A DNA stretch of 63,567 bases, the filler included, from Klebsormidium nitens (taxonomy: Eukaryota > Plantae > Klebsormidiophyceae): the NCBI GenBank assembly GCA_000708835.1. It is 7 parts of 7 records of this genome, joined end to end, with 100 filler letters (N's around TTAATTAATTAA, not from the genome) between each part and the next. Parts side by side here need not be neighbours in the genome. Positions count along the whole stretch, not along the records: positions 1 to 25,106 come from DF237848.1; 6 more parts are not named here. One strand, 5' to 3'. The position numbers and the translations under genes were made by a program. The notes under the pieces are model-generated. The model did no database searches, was not told where the DNA came from, and saw only the letters and a program-made list of their open reading frames with translations. This document shows, piece after piece, positions 1-10,991 of the stretch; position 1 is the stretch's first letter, and each line of letters begins with the position of its first letter.

Positions 1-406
1 CTGTTCAGCGCCGCTTCAGTATGCGTGGCAACGTTGCTGAGATTTGCGAGGATTTCTTGTCAAGAGCGCACTCCCTCTGATCGCTGCGAGCGCCCAAGTG
101 TCTTACAGAGAATCCTATTGTCTCACCCTAGCTTACAAGTCGATCGTCACATCCCTTCTCTATCTTCATGACCGTGGTCTGCACTCCTATGTATGCGCAC
201 TTTTCCATTGGGGACTAGGCTTTTTTGGGTGGAGTTTGTGTGCACTACAATTATCTGGATACAGTACATTCATCAGGGCTGGATTCTCGTTTTGGGTTTG
301 CTCTTCGTGGCCTTCGATCTTTCTGACCCGATACGTTTTCCCTGCAGTTTGCCACTGACCCACAGTAAGTGTACCTGTCAGCAGGTTCCACTGATCTCTA
401 TTTTAG

Positions 407-2036
407 GCCAGTTTGTGGGCGGCTCGATGAACTTTGACGCGGTCTGTTCTTCTTCGCAATTTGCGGAGCAGCAGCTGTCGGTCGCCGGCGGCAGCGGCAC
501 CCGCGGCGCGTCCGACTTCGACCAGGGCACGATGGACTCCGCAATCCTCGATCTAGTTCCCGACGACGAGGCGGGAATCACCAAAAAGCGCGCGACTTAC
601 CACTGGGACCGCACTGGCAAGAAGAAGAAGTACATTCGACTGCAGCCGGGGGAGATGTTAACGGGCTCCGGGAAGGTGAAGTCGGAGAGCGGCGCGCGCG
701 TGAACGCGGGGCAGCGGCAGAAGGGGCTGTATAAGAAGTGGCAGGCGCGGACGCATATGAAGGTGGCGACCGCCGGGGAGGAGGGGGAGAACCGCCCCGC
801 AGGTGAGGGTTTGCATCGGCTTTTTTAGGGATTTCGATGTGGGTTTGGAGGTAAATTTTGGGGTTTTGAGTCGGTTTGAAGTATCGGTGTCGAGTCGGCA
901 GCCGTATATGAAGGTGGCGACCGCCCGGAAGGAGGGGGAGGACCGCCCTGCAGGTGAGGGTGCGCACCACTGGGATTTTGGGGTTTACGAGTCCCCTTGA
1001 GGATGGGGTTTTGGGGTTTCAAAGTACATTTCGAGAGTAAAATTGAAGTGCGCACCTCGTGGAATCTGTCATAGTAGGGGACAAGCCGTTAATGTGGACG
1101 GTTTGCAGGGTCTTTGAAACGGGAAAATTTTCATTTCCCATTGACAGGGTTTTCCCCGTACGGAAAGGGGAAAAGCTCTCGCCGCTGATATGCATGCCAA
1201 AGACGAACCACTGGACCGATTGTTGCACTTCTTGTTCCTTTTCGACACCTCCAACGCGAGGAGTTCGGCACTCGAAGTGATCAGTCAGTCTATCGAGCCG
1301 TGAAGAGCATTCATTCACTCTTCTGTGACGACGTTTTTGGTATATCTTGCTAGACATGGCACTGTTGACCGATGTTCATTTTCCGTTGCAGCGAGCGGGC
1401 GGGGCGGTCACAGCGGGAGTGGTCGCGGCCGGGGGGGCGGGGGTAGGGGTGGGGGGCGATCCGGACCGGGGGACAAGGTTCGGAGCGAAGTGAGGGGGGT
1501 GGAGGAGATTCGAAAGGAGCGTCAGAAGAAGGTAATGAAGATGGGGGGGGTGAATAGGGGACGCGGCGGCGAGGGGGGGTAGAGGGGAGGGGAGGAGGGA
1601 GGGGGAAGGGGAGGGGGAGAGGGAGGAGTAGGGGGGACGAGGAGGAGGGGGCCGCGGGGGTGGCGAAGGAGGGTGGCAAGGAGGGGGAGGCGAGGGGGGG
1701 AAGCGAGGAGGGGGTGGTGGTGCAGGNNNNNNNNNNNNNNNNNNNNNNNNNNNNNNNNNNNNNNNNNNNNNNNNNNNNNNNNNNNNNNNNNNNNNNNNNN
1801 NNNNNNNNNNNNNNNNNNNNNNNNNNNNNNNNNNNNNNNNNNNNNNNNNNNNNNNNNNNNNNNNNNNNNNNNNNNNNNNNNNNNNNNNNNNNNNNNNNNN
1901 NNNNNNNNNNNNNNNNNNNNNNNNNNNNNNNNNNNNNNNNNNNNNNNNNNNNNNNNNNNNNNNNNNNNNNNNNNNNNNNNNNNNNNNNNNNNNNNNNNNN
2001 NNNNNNAGGAAGGGAGGCAAGGGAGGAAAGAGGTGA
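407..2036 (+). CDS. DDX54: DEAD-box RNA helicase DDX54/DBP10 (plant RH29-like), 3' exons only: 407-802 and 1392-~2036 across a gap
   Basis: Exon 407-802 encodes a DBP10CT-like segment (AILDLVPDDEAG...YHWDRTGKKKKYI...KVKSESGA...LYKKWQARTH). Donor GTGAGG at 803 and acceptor TTGCAG at 1391 join in phase 1. The last exon has an RGG-rich tail with VRSEVRGVEEIRKERQKK. After the gap the frame reads RKGGKGGKR-TGA (stop 2034-2036). The TAG at 1580-1582 lies among G homopolymers and may be a sequencing frameshift. Confidence 0.85.
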
Positions 2037-4132
2037 TTGTCTGAAGGGCCTTTTGTGATTGAATTTCCTGCATTCAAGGCTGGGTGAGACATTGTCCAAG
2101 CGCAAATCGGCGGTCTCAGCGCCTCTCTTGGACACCTTGCTCCCATGAAAGGCCATGCCGCCAGGTTTAAGATGGTGTGCACCGCTCACCCCAATCGCAA
2201 CTCTTGGAGGCATGGAGCACTGCATGCGTGCGTGAGTGTTCGTAATGGCGATCCATGATACAGTCTGGCAGACGGTTGGCAAACTCGTCCACCGGGCGAT
2301 GTTCCCAATACGTGCTGCTTTTCCACGTGTGTGCACAATCGTTGCTGCTGGCACTAGATCCACATTGTTGTAAGGTGGCATGTACAGCATGATATCATCA
2401 GTACCATGATGTGCTAGTGCGCAATTCAAACTGTCCCCAATATAATGGCGGCTGGGAGGGTCCTGCCACCGGGACCGCCGGGGCTGCTTGGTTTTCGCCT
2501 ACATATACGTTAGTGCGTCTGATGTACATATCTAGCTAGCTTAGGTGGCTCTGTGTACGTACGCTTGTACCATCAGTGTTGGACTACTCCTAAGATGCAT
2601 TGCAACATACTATTGCAAGCCTGTGCTACGCAGGATGGCGCGCGTGCCGCGGCTTTGCGAAAAGGAAGCTAGTGGCAGCGCGATGCGAGTTACGTGTATT
2701 CCAGTTGCACTCATGGTCCTTTCTGTGACGCGTGGAATGTGGCGCGTCATGGGTAAATCATGGGTAGTGCGGATGGCATGCCCATGATGTAGTGCGACCG
2801 AGCCATGCGGTGGCGTGCAGCGAGATGGATCGGGTAGGAGATGTGTTGGCGCGACAGATGGACAATCTAATTTAGGCTGGAGGGGCGCGGAAGCTTTTTG
2901 GAACAAAGTGCAATTGAATATTTTCCGCAACAGGTCGATCAGGCCTAGCTATTTTTTTTTTCCGAGTTCAAGTATACGCATTGATGATCCATCAGTTAGG
3001 AACAAGTCTAAGTACATCTAGTGGTAATTCCTAAGGACTTTGCTGAGAAGCAAATTTGGATAGACTTGTAGCGTTGATGGGGTGCCTACGAACCTCTGGT
3101 AGGCAGGCAGACTTGCCATCTAGCCAATGAGACGCAGTTGAAGAAACACACACACTCATCCATGTATGCCATGAGAAGCCTATGGCCTATTTGGCTATGG
3201 CGAGAACGAAAAGAGACCATCAGTGGAGGTTTTGACCTAGATCGATCTTTTGGGGCCGCCGGTATGGTACCATATAGTATGTGCACTCACTCACATAAGT
3301 TCCCACTGGCGCCCATGCTCAATTGCACATGCGTGCACCGTCTGGCATATTAAATTAGTATAACGAAACTTCGCCGCCTGTTCTTGTATTATACTAAGTA
3401 TTTGATAGCATGCGGCCATGGAATTCACTGAGACACACATATACAGTTCGAAACTTAAGCAGGCCCCTGCAACTCACGTATCTACGTACCACGCAAGTTG
3501 GACCCACCATGTGCACATGCAAGCTGCACAGATAATTACTATAATGTTCAATCTAGCACCTAAGTGACATGCACGCACACCTAGCCATATAGGTTAAGTT
3601 CGCAATCTAGAATTTTGTTGATAGGCGTATGCACGTATTGCACATGGCCGCGTATGCCAGCAGTGACGGGCTCAGGCATGGCCAAGCACCATACCAGATC
3701 TGTACTAAGAGCAGGATCATGTGAAGCTGCATGGGCGGCCACCCGACCATGGCATGTGGCAATGCGCGTTTAAGCATGTAAGACACATGCACGTTCAAGT
3801 CATCAAAAGGCCAAGCTTAGCAAAATCAATTTCGACTTTCTAGGAAGGCACATTCATTGAATAAAGTGGGACCAGATAGCACAGCGAAACATATGTGACA
3901 GACAGTAGGCTGTAAAATGTACTGTTGCCTGCATACCACTGTGAAAGCAAGCAATCTTATGCACGCGTGCGCAGAAATGCAGGATGCAGCTACCTCCGCT
4001 TGCTGTTCCCCTCTCCAAACCTTCTCAATGTTGCTCGGTTTCACCATGAGAAATGTAAAATGCAGGATAGATCCACATCTCAGATATGACACGATTTATT
4101 TGAAACATGCCGTCAAGCTAATCAACTAGATC

Positions 4133-6480
4133 TCATCCTGCGACACCATGAAGAGCCCTAAGTGCAGACTGCTTGGCCTCCCCAGAAAATCCTTCCGTAA
4201 TCCACCGTGCGCCCTGCATGATTGGAGAATTTGCATACTGGTGAAACTTCTCTTAGCACATCATTAGGAGGACAAAGCTGACCAAAACCAAGGCGGGTAG
4301 AAGAGGATAGCATCCTCTTTGCACAGATGGTGATCAAAGTGAATGGCGATGTACAATTCCCTGGGTTGACCCATAACCATAAGCAAGCTAGCCATGCTTA
4401 CTTGGAGCGACCCTCAGCCAGCAGGAGCGAAGCTTCCCCCTGGCTTTCTTGGTGGCCCGATTCGCCGTCACCCACGGACGCTTCACCCACGACTTTTTCA
4501 AACAAAGTCTGTGGTTCTTTCAAACCTGCAACGTACAGAACCAGCGTCAAGGCTCAAATATTGGCAGCTGAGACCATGTCTCTTCCAAATTGCCTACCCG
4601 TTGGACAACAAGTTTTGCTCAAACACGACACTGCAGACCACTCCTTGCAAAATCTGGTTGAAAGTCAATGCTTAATCGAGTAGGTCAGGTGCATCATTGC
4701 AGCAATTGAGAACAGACTCCGGGCCAGACTCCGGACTCAGGGCCTTCGTTGAGGAACTACTGTGAGGTACATTCAAGTCCTTCTGACTTGCCAACTACCT
4801 AAAAAGCAGGCTTTTTCAGAATGTCATCAAACCACCTCAAACAAAGTGATTATCCTCTTTTCAAGCCGTCTGTGTGATCCAGACAGTTTCTTTTCCTTTC
4901 CTTTTCTAATTCCAATAGTCCTGTCCTTACTTGCTCCTTCTGAACGGGAGAAAGGGAGCAGCCCTAGAAGGAACAACCGACCTGAGCCCACAAGGAACTG
5001 CATCAGTCCCGTCATCTCGTTCTCAAGATACTGCATGTGAAACTTTTTCAGCTCCTCCGCACTGTTCCTCTTTGCCTCAGCGATCTTCTTCCGCCTATGC
5101 TCAATCATCCTCTTGTACTGCGCCACAGTGTCAATTTGCGAGGCCTGCAAGAATGGTAGAAGCCGGATGAAATCCTTCTTGAGGAGAACAATTCTTGACA
5201 TGGACCTCCTGGATATAAACAGAATAACACCACCATCAAGACTAGCAAGAAGACATCCATTCAAACTGAAGCACTCCATTTTGTCGGGAGAATTCTTTGA
5301 CAAGGTCTCTTGGCTCAAATGAGCAGTTCACTTGTCAAACCTGCACAGTTTTATGCCGCAGCACAACAGTTTGCACACTTGATGCACATTTTACTAGCTT
5401 CAGAAAGCCTGCGTTCCTGTTGTCAGACTACTGGGCGCTCTATCACTGGCTACTTGACACATACAAAGATGATGAATCCTCGAATTGCAGGAAACCGTGT
5501 ACTTTACAAGCTATATTGAGCTAACGAGGAACTTAGAACCACTAGTGCCACAGGACAGCTAGCTTTGCCAGACTATCCACCTGCTTTCCGACTGAATTTC
5601 ACCACTCACATCCATTTTGTTGACTGCGCGTTCCACAGTATCAAATCCTGTGGCCTGCTGTCTTGGCTAGCGCCCAACTGCTCGTGCTTTCTAGGAGGGA
5701 ACCTAAGGCTACAGCAGCAAAACCTCATCTACTTGCACCTCCAATCAAGGTGAGGGTGCGCACAACAAAGGCGAAAAAACAGGATTGTTGAATTAAAAAT
5801 GCTATCGAGAAAGCAGGCTCACTTCCTTGCCAAGTTGCAGGCCTCGGAGTCGGAGCCAGGTGAAAAGGTGGAGATCTTCAGACGCCCGGTGATCGCATTC
5901 ACGGTGTGAATGTGCTGTTACTGGGTGTCATGTTGGTACAGCTGGACTGCATGAGGATATTCACACCTTCTGATTGTGATCAAAGTGTTAATAGCTTTGT
6001 ATGCGTGGTATGGACCGGGGACTTTGCTTTGGGCTGAGCGGTGCGTATTTCCACCTTGGACCTTTCTGACAAGAAAGACGTTGCGTTGAGTGTCATACAG
6101 CGATCACACATGAAAGCGAACTTTTCCGGCCGGTGACAGATTTCGACGGCTGTTTGGCCGGCTTCAGTCGGGTCGATCACACATAGCGACCATCAACTTC
6201 TGGTCGGTACAGCCGTCGAGCTGTTTTGGCGATGGTCAAATCTGGGACGTCCGATGACCGCTAAACAAGGAAAGTCTTCCAGGAACCGAGCAACTTTGCT
6301 TGATATAACCTGCCAGAGTGCATGAAGACTCCGTGCTTATGGTATGCCCAAAGGTAAATCTTTCTCGCCGAATATGTGTCACAGCTTATTACCACCTACA
6401 AGTTTGTATCCCCGGGAGATTGAATCCAAGACCCATAACCCAAGTCCTGACAGGTCTATGATGCCCATGTTCCCCGTGAT
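4133..6480 (-). pseudogene. Decayed multi-exon gene of unknown family
   Basis: Exon-like blocks with AG/GT borders (about 4390-4520, 4900-5145, 5345-5515, 5610-5740, 5980-6480) read as protein-like frames broken by in-frame stops, including four TAGs in one frame at 5667, 5691, 5703 and 5709. Confidence 0.4.
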
Positions 6481-7849
6481 CATGTCAATTTAACCCTACT
6501 TAACTTATCTGAACACCGGTCATTTTTTTATATCCGTCCCATATCCGTATACTCTGTGTTTTGTGATTATAAACACCTATATGAGATTCACATATGCTTT
6601 TCAGCCTGATGATGATGTCCGTAAAACACAACCCGCGACGGCAAGGTTTTGCCCCGGGGGAACATGCTTGCCACGTAGGCTTCCTCGACATTGACGGCAG
6701 TACCGACCGTCGCCGACCGACAAAAGTATGGCAGAAATTTTCTGGCCGCCGTCGACGGCCAGAATGGCCAGAACTGGCGAAAATCGCCGGCCGGAAATTG
6801 GTTTTCCGGCATGTGTGATCGTTGTATCAATTTGAAACTTGAAAGCAGGCGCTGCATACTCGGTGCACTGCTGAGAGGGCGCAAACGCCCCGATCGATAT
6901 CTGCCAGAGGCTCTGGCTGCACTTGGAAGTTGCTCACCTACCAAACGGCACCGCTGCCATGATGATGAGGTTGCAGATCGCAGCGACCTGCCAGGATTTC
7001 AAGGGTAGATGGAACTCAGGGAGCGCTGCTGACACCACGATGGAAGGCTGGGGCCGCTCAACATTCCGATTCCGGGAGGCCTGAGCGGGTTCTGTGCACC
7101 TCAGTCTCTCAGTCTTGGGCCAAGGTGAGGCGCCAGGTCCAGCTGGGTGGGATGCAACCATGATTTTCTTGCGAGCCCACTTGTTGAAGTGACCGACTAT
7201 ACCGTTCCAGAGGGTATTTCAATATAATTACATAGTTTTGGGAGGTAGCTTTTCAATTCATTTTGAAAAGGTAGTAATTTTGTTACAGTGACGGTCTTCG
7301 TTGTTCCATTTGAATACTTTGCCATCACAGTAATATGGGCCGCTGTGCTGCGCAGGCATCATATGCGCTCCGTCTTATGCTGTGCGATCGGCTCACCATG
7401 GTCGCTGGACCCAGTGTGCCCCAACTCACATCACATGGTGAGGCCCTTGTCTGCCAAATTCTGTGCATTCCACGTCTTTGGTTTCAGGTACGCCTGTAAC
7501 TCCTGTTTCTGCAATACGCATCTAGGAAAGAAGGCGGTCAGGCTTCATTTGGCCGCGTAACTGGATAGTTGCCTTGTCACGAATAGTAACAAGGGTGGGG
7601 TTTACCTGGATGAACCTGTTTGTCTTTGCAGGGTCGTCTGTGTCCTTTTTGGCGTAACCTCCTTCTATCCAGTCCCGTTCAGCATGCAATCTGACACATG
7701 ATTTCCTGTTGATCAGCCTGTCGATCAGCCTGCGTGTTTCTTGAATGCAAGGGGTCTGATGCTTCTGAGACCCTTCGCAGCATTTCAGGGCTTTTTCTGA
7801 GTTAGGCGTTTCTCGTATTCAGCAACCGAAGGGTTTTTGGGTACCTTAG

Positions 7850-9030
7850 TAAGATCCGGGTGCTGGTGTTGGAGAGCCGGGCGCTGCTGGTCATCGTGGA
7901 AGCAGCATGCAATGCGTGCCATTCATCATTTCTCTAGGGTGTCTGAATGTGGAGCACGCTGGGCTCTTTTCTGCTCGCCTGCACATGAGCTTACAACATT
8001 GCGCTGGCCGTGGATCAGGAAGACGGAGATGAAAACGGAGGGCTGATGGGGTTGCCCGAGGAGGCTCCTTTGGAATTCCGGCGAGGGGTTACGTTGCTTC
8101 CTTGTCGTCAGCACGCGACGTGTTGTTCCAACATTCGTGACACCTCCCTTTGCGCGTCCCTTCCTCATGCCTACCCGGGGTTTGGGAGTCTAGTAAACGC
8201 AACAACGAGTGACTCCTAAGCACCTTTTGTGTTGAAATGCTAAACTGCCGTCAAATCATCTGGCGACCCTTTTCTTCCAGGCAGAAGCTTTCTCCAGGGC
8301 AATGGCTGCAACAAACACCTGCGCCAGAAAGCACCAGCCTGTGCAAGCTGCACCATGGACTGACTTCTCGCGACGCCACACTTCATTGGCATGGCAGACG
8401 ATAAATCAAACAGGTGCGATGTCTGGGCGAGCTTCCTTCCAAGTGTCCCTGTTTATTTAGCTGGTGCGAGGCCGGCCGCTCTGCTTCGCATGCTGTGTAC
8501 TTGGGGTGGTGAAGATTCTACTGCGGTGTGGCACCAAGGCATTGGATGCGTTCCGTAGTCGACAGAGTTCCCTGATATTTTATGGCAGAGCTTGCTCTCT
8601 GTGCAGAAAGGACGCCCCCTCTTTCAACATCAGCGCTTCTTGAGGGATAAGGGGCGTTGAAGTGACTCGACTTTGGCACAAGTGTGTCAAAGTGACGTCA
8701 GCTTGTCAGCACACCTGGATGAAGTTCGGCCTAATACAAGGGAAACGAAAAAGGAGGAAGAACCTATGCCGGCCTTGAGAGCATGCGAAATCAGCTCAGG
8801 CCAATCCATGCAATTGGTGACGTCAACCCTCAGCAGTACTTGGCGACGTGAGAAGGATTTTGCGAAAAACGAGTGCTGGAGCTGATGCCAGCGTTCCATC
8901 CACCAGGATCACTGCAGGGCTGCTCATCAAGCAGGGCCGCAGCGCATATTCGCGCAGGGGCTGCAACAGCTTTCAGCACAAGCATAGCAAGACGGGCTAC
9001 CTCCTCTACCTTGTGCACCACAACGGTGAG
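7850..9030 (+). pseudogene. Decayed gene fragments of unknown family
   Basis: Exon-like segments such as KIRVLVLESRALLVIVEAAC, AYNIALAVDQEDGDE and GGRTYAGLESMRNQLRPIHAIGDVNPQQYLAT* are interrupted by TGA stops; no recognisable domain. Confidence 0.3.
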
Positions 9031-9188
9031 AGAGCGCCCTGTCCTTACATGCTTCGGCCTGCTGTGTTTGCTAATCTTTTGTGTTTGCTCCTGAGAAGCC
9101 CGTATGTCAAGCAAGCAAACATTCTTTCTTCCTGGCCCTATGCTCAATAAAGATAGCGCTGTTACATCAACTTAATGATGTGCAAGTC

Positions 9189-9895
9189 CAGTGGTAACCT
9201 TAATCAGTGCGAGTTCAGTGGTAACCCCCTTCCCGGTGTCAACTTTATTTGCGCTTTGCCCTTCTCAAATAGTTCAACATAACCGCTTGTATTCATATCC
9301 AGTGCAAACCCCCTGGAGTACGTCGAGTGAGTGCGGACGTATTTCTGTGGAGTGCAACAGAACCCTTGGAAATTACCTTCTTTCGAAAACTTATTGCGAC
9401 CCAGTTCAGTTTGAACGTACTTCAACCCAGTCCAGCACAATCCATTTGTAACTTGATTTAGTGCGTCCCCTTCTAATCAAGTTGAGTGCTATCGTACTTC
9501 GACTTCAGTGCAAACCCTTTCGTCTTCCAATGCAGTGCACACCCCATTGTTGCCGAGGTCAGCGCATGCTGAACTTGAGATGATTTGTCAAGCGCAGAAC
9601 CCATTCATGAATTTCTTCAGCGCACACCCTCTCCTCGTACGAACCTAGGTCAATTGATTGAGCGCAACCTCGATTTTCAACCTATTCGCTGCGACCTCCA
9701 ATCAATTAAGCGCAAACGTATTCTGGCTTACTCAGTACACACCAGTTGATAGTCTATCTTAGTGCAAATCTGTACCCCAATACGGGTTAGCGCCAACTCT
9801 TCGCAACCTTCTTAGTGCAAGCGCCTTTCTAATTCCGTTCATTGTAAACTGACTTCGACTCAGAAAAGTCGCAGTCCTGATCCACCTCAGCGCAG
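9189..9895. repeat. Degenerate array of about 20 copies of YYAG(T/C)GCA(A/C)ACC with variable spacers
   Basis: Copies near 9300, 9504, 9532, 9559, 9589, 9617, 9659, 9707, 9731, 9759, 9787, 9812 and 9887; spacing often 25-30 bp. Confidence 0.65.
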
Positions 9896-10991
9896 GCCAT
9901 CTATCCTTGTTCTTCCCACAGCCTGATTCTACTCTCTGGTCGCATGCTGGGCCTGGTGCACTCTCACCCGTGCTTTGGCTTGGTCTTGCGCGTTCCTCCT
10001 CAACTTCGTCGCCCCGTTTTGCCAGCTGGTGCATCTTCGTGATCGACCACGCCTTCATGAGCGTGCTCGTTTCTGGCGACCACGGGCGCCAACTGTCCAC
10101 TTTCGGGCTCGCCCTCAACAAGCTCTACAATGATTTTTGGGGACGTTCTGGTGAGCTGCCCGCCTCGTTTGGAAGGTCCCCTTCCCGTTTGCATAAGCAT
10201 GGAGGTTTAGGCGTTGTACTCTAACTCAAGACCACCCCTTCTTCATCGCTAGTGGCCTGAGCAGCCAGTGCTTTCAGAAGCGCTTCGGGGTCTGTAACAC
10301 TTCGGTTAATGAGTTCCTGGAATTTGACAGTCAGCAGTACTCCAAAGCTGTCTCTCTCAGACGGGATCCGAGACCACAAGTGTGCCGCAAAAAGTTGGGA
10401 GTTGCGTGCTTTCTACAAAGCGCTGCAGGTCGGTTCCCTTTGGTTAGAGTCCAAGGACATCACCCGATTGTGTGCAGGTTTTCTGGTTCCTAGAGCCAAC
10501 TCCTCAATCCTCAGGTTCTTCTTTCTTGTTCGTCATGCATATGTTTCCTTAGGATGATACCGCGCCGTCCTTGATTGGTAACGCACTTGGACAGCGTCTA
10601 AAACGAATAGCGTGTTGTTCTTTCGATTGAGGTGAGTAAGGAGCTGCTGGACGTGGCCACCACGATGTGGGCTGATCCCAAGTTTCGCAACTATCTCTGG
10701 CCCCTTCCCTTCCCAGGCACTCTCACCAGCCCTCGACGCTTGGTGGCTGTCTTGGTCGACGCCCTTCAGGTGCGGCCTTTTCTGACCCGTTCGCAAGCTT
10801 TCCGCCTTGTTTGGGGTCCCGCTACGGTTGGATACTCTTTTTGAACTACCTGTTTTGCATCCTGGCGCCTCATGCATCCCTTTCCCTTTCCGTTGGTGAC
10901 GGGTAGAAGCGTCCATTTTGTTCGTCATGGCTATGCTGACGAACAAAGCCGGGGAGTGATCGTTTCGTATGGAGATGGGTCTCACAAACAT
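9759..10991 (-). pseudogene. Decayed ~410-codon reading frame without frameshift (TE ORF or gene remnant)
   Basis: ORFs 10533-10991 and 9759-10121 share one frame and are joined through stops at 10533 (TGA), 10413, 10221 and 10125 (all TAG). Confidence 0.5.

Noticed and set aside
1350-2429. Long Pro-rich minus-strand ORFs spanning the first gap
   Set aside because: Antisense shadows of the G-rich DDX54 RGG tail, artificially extended through Ns.
6740-6764. 9-bp stem hairpin TTCTGGCCG/CGGCCAGAA
   Set aside because: Short enough to arise by chance in GC-rich DNA; no supporting element boundary.
9189-9895. CRISPR-like appearance of the motif-plus-spacer array
   Set aside because: The repeat is only about 12 bp and degenerate, spacing is irregular, there are no cas genes and the context is eukaryotic; kept only as an unexplained array.
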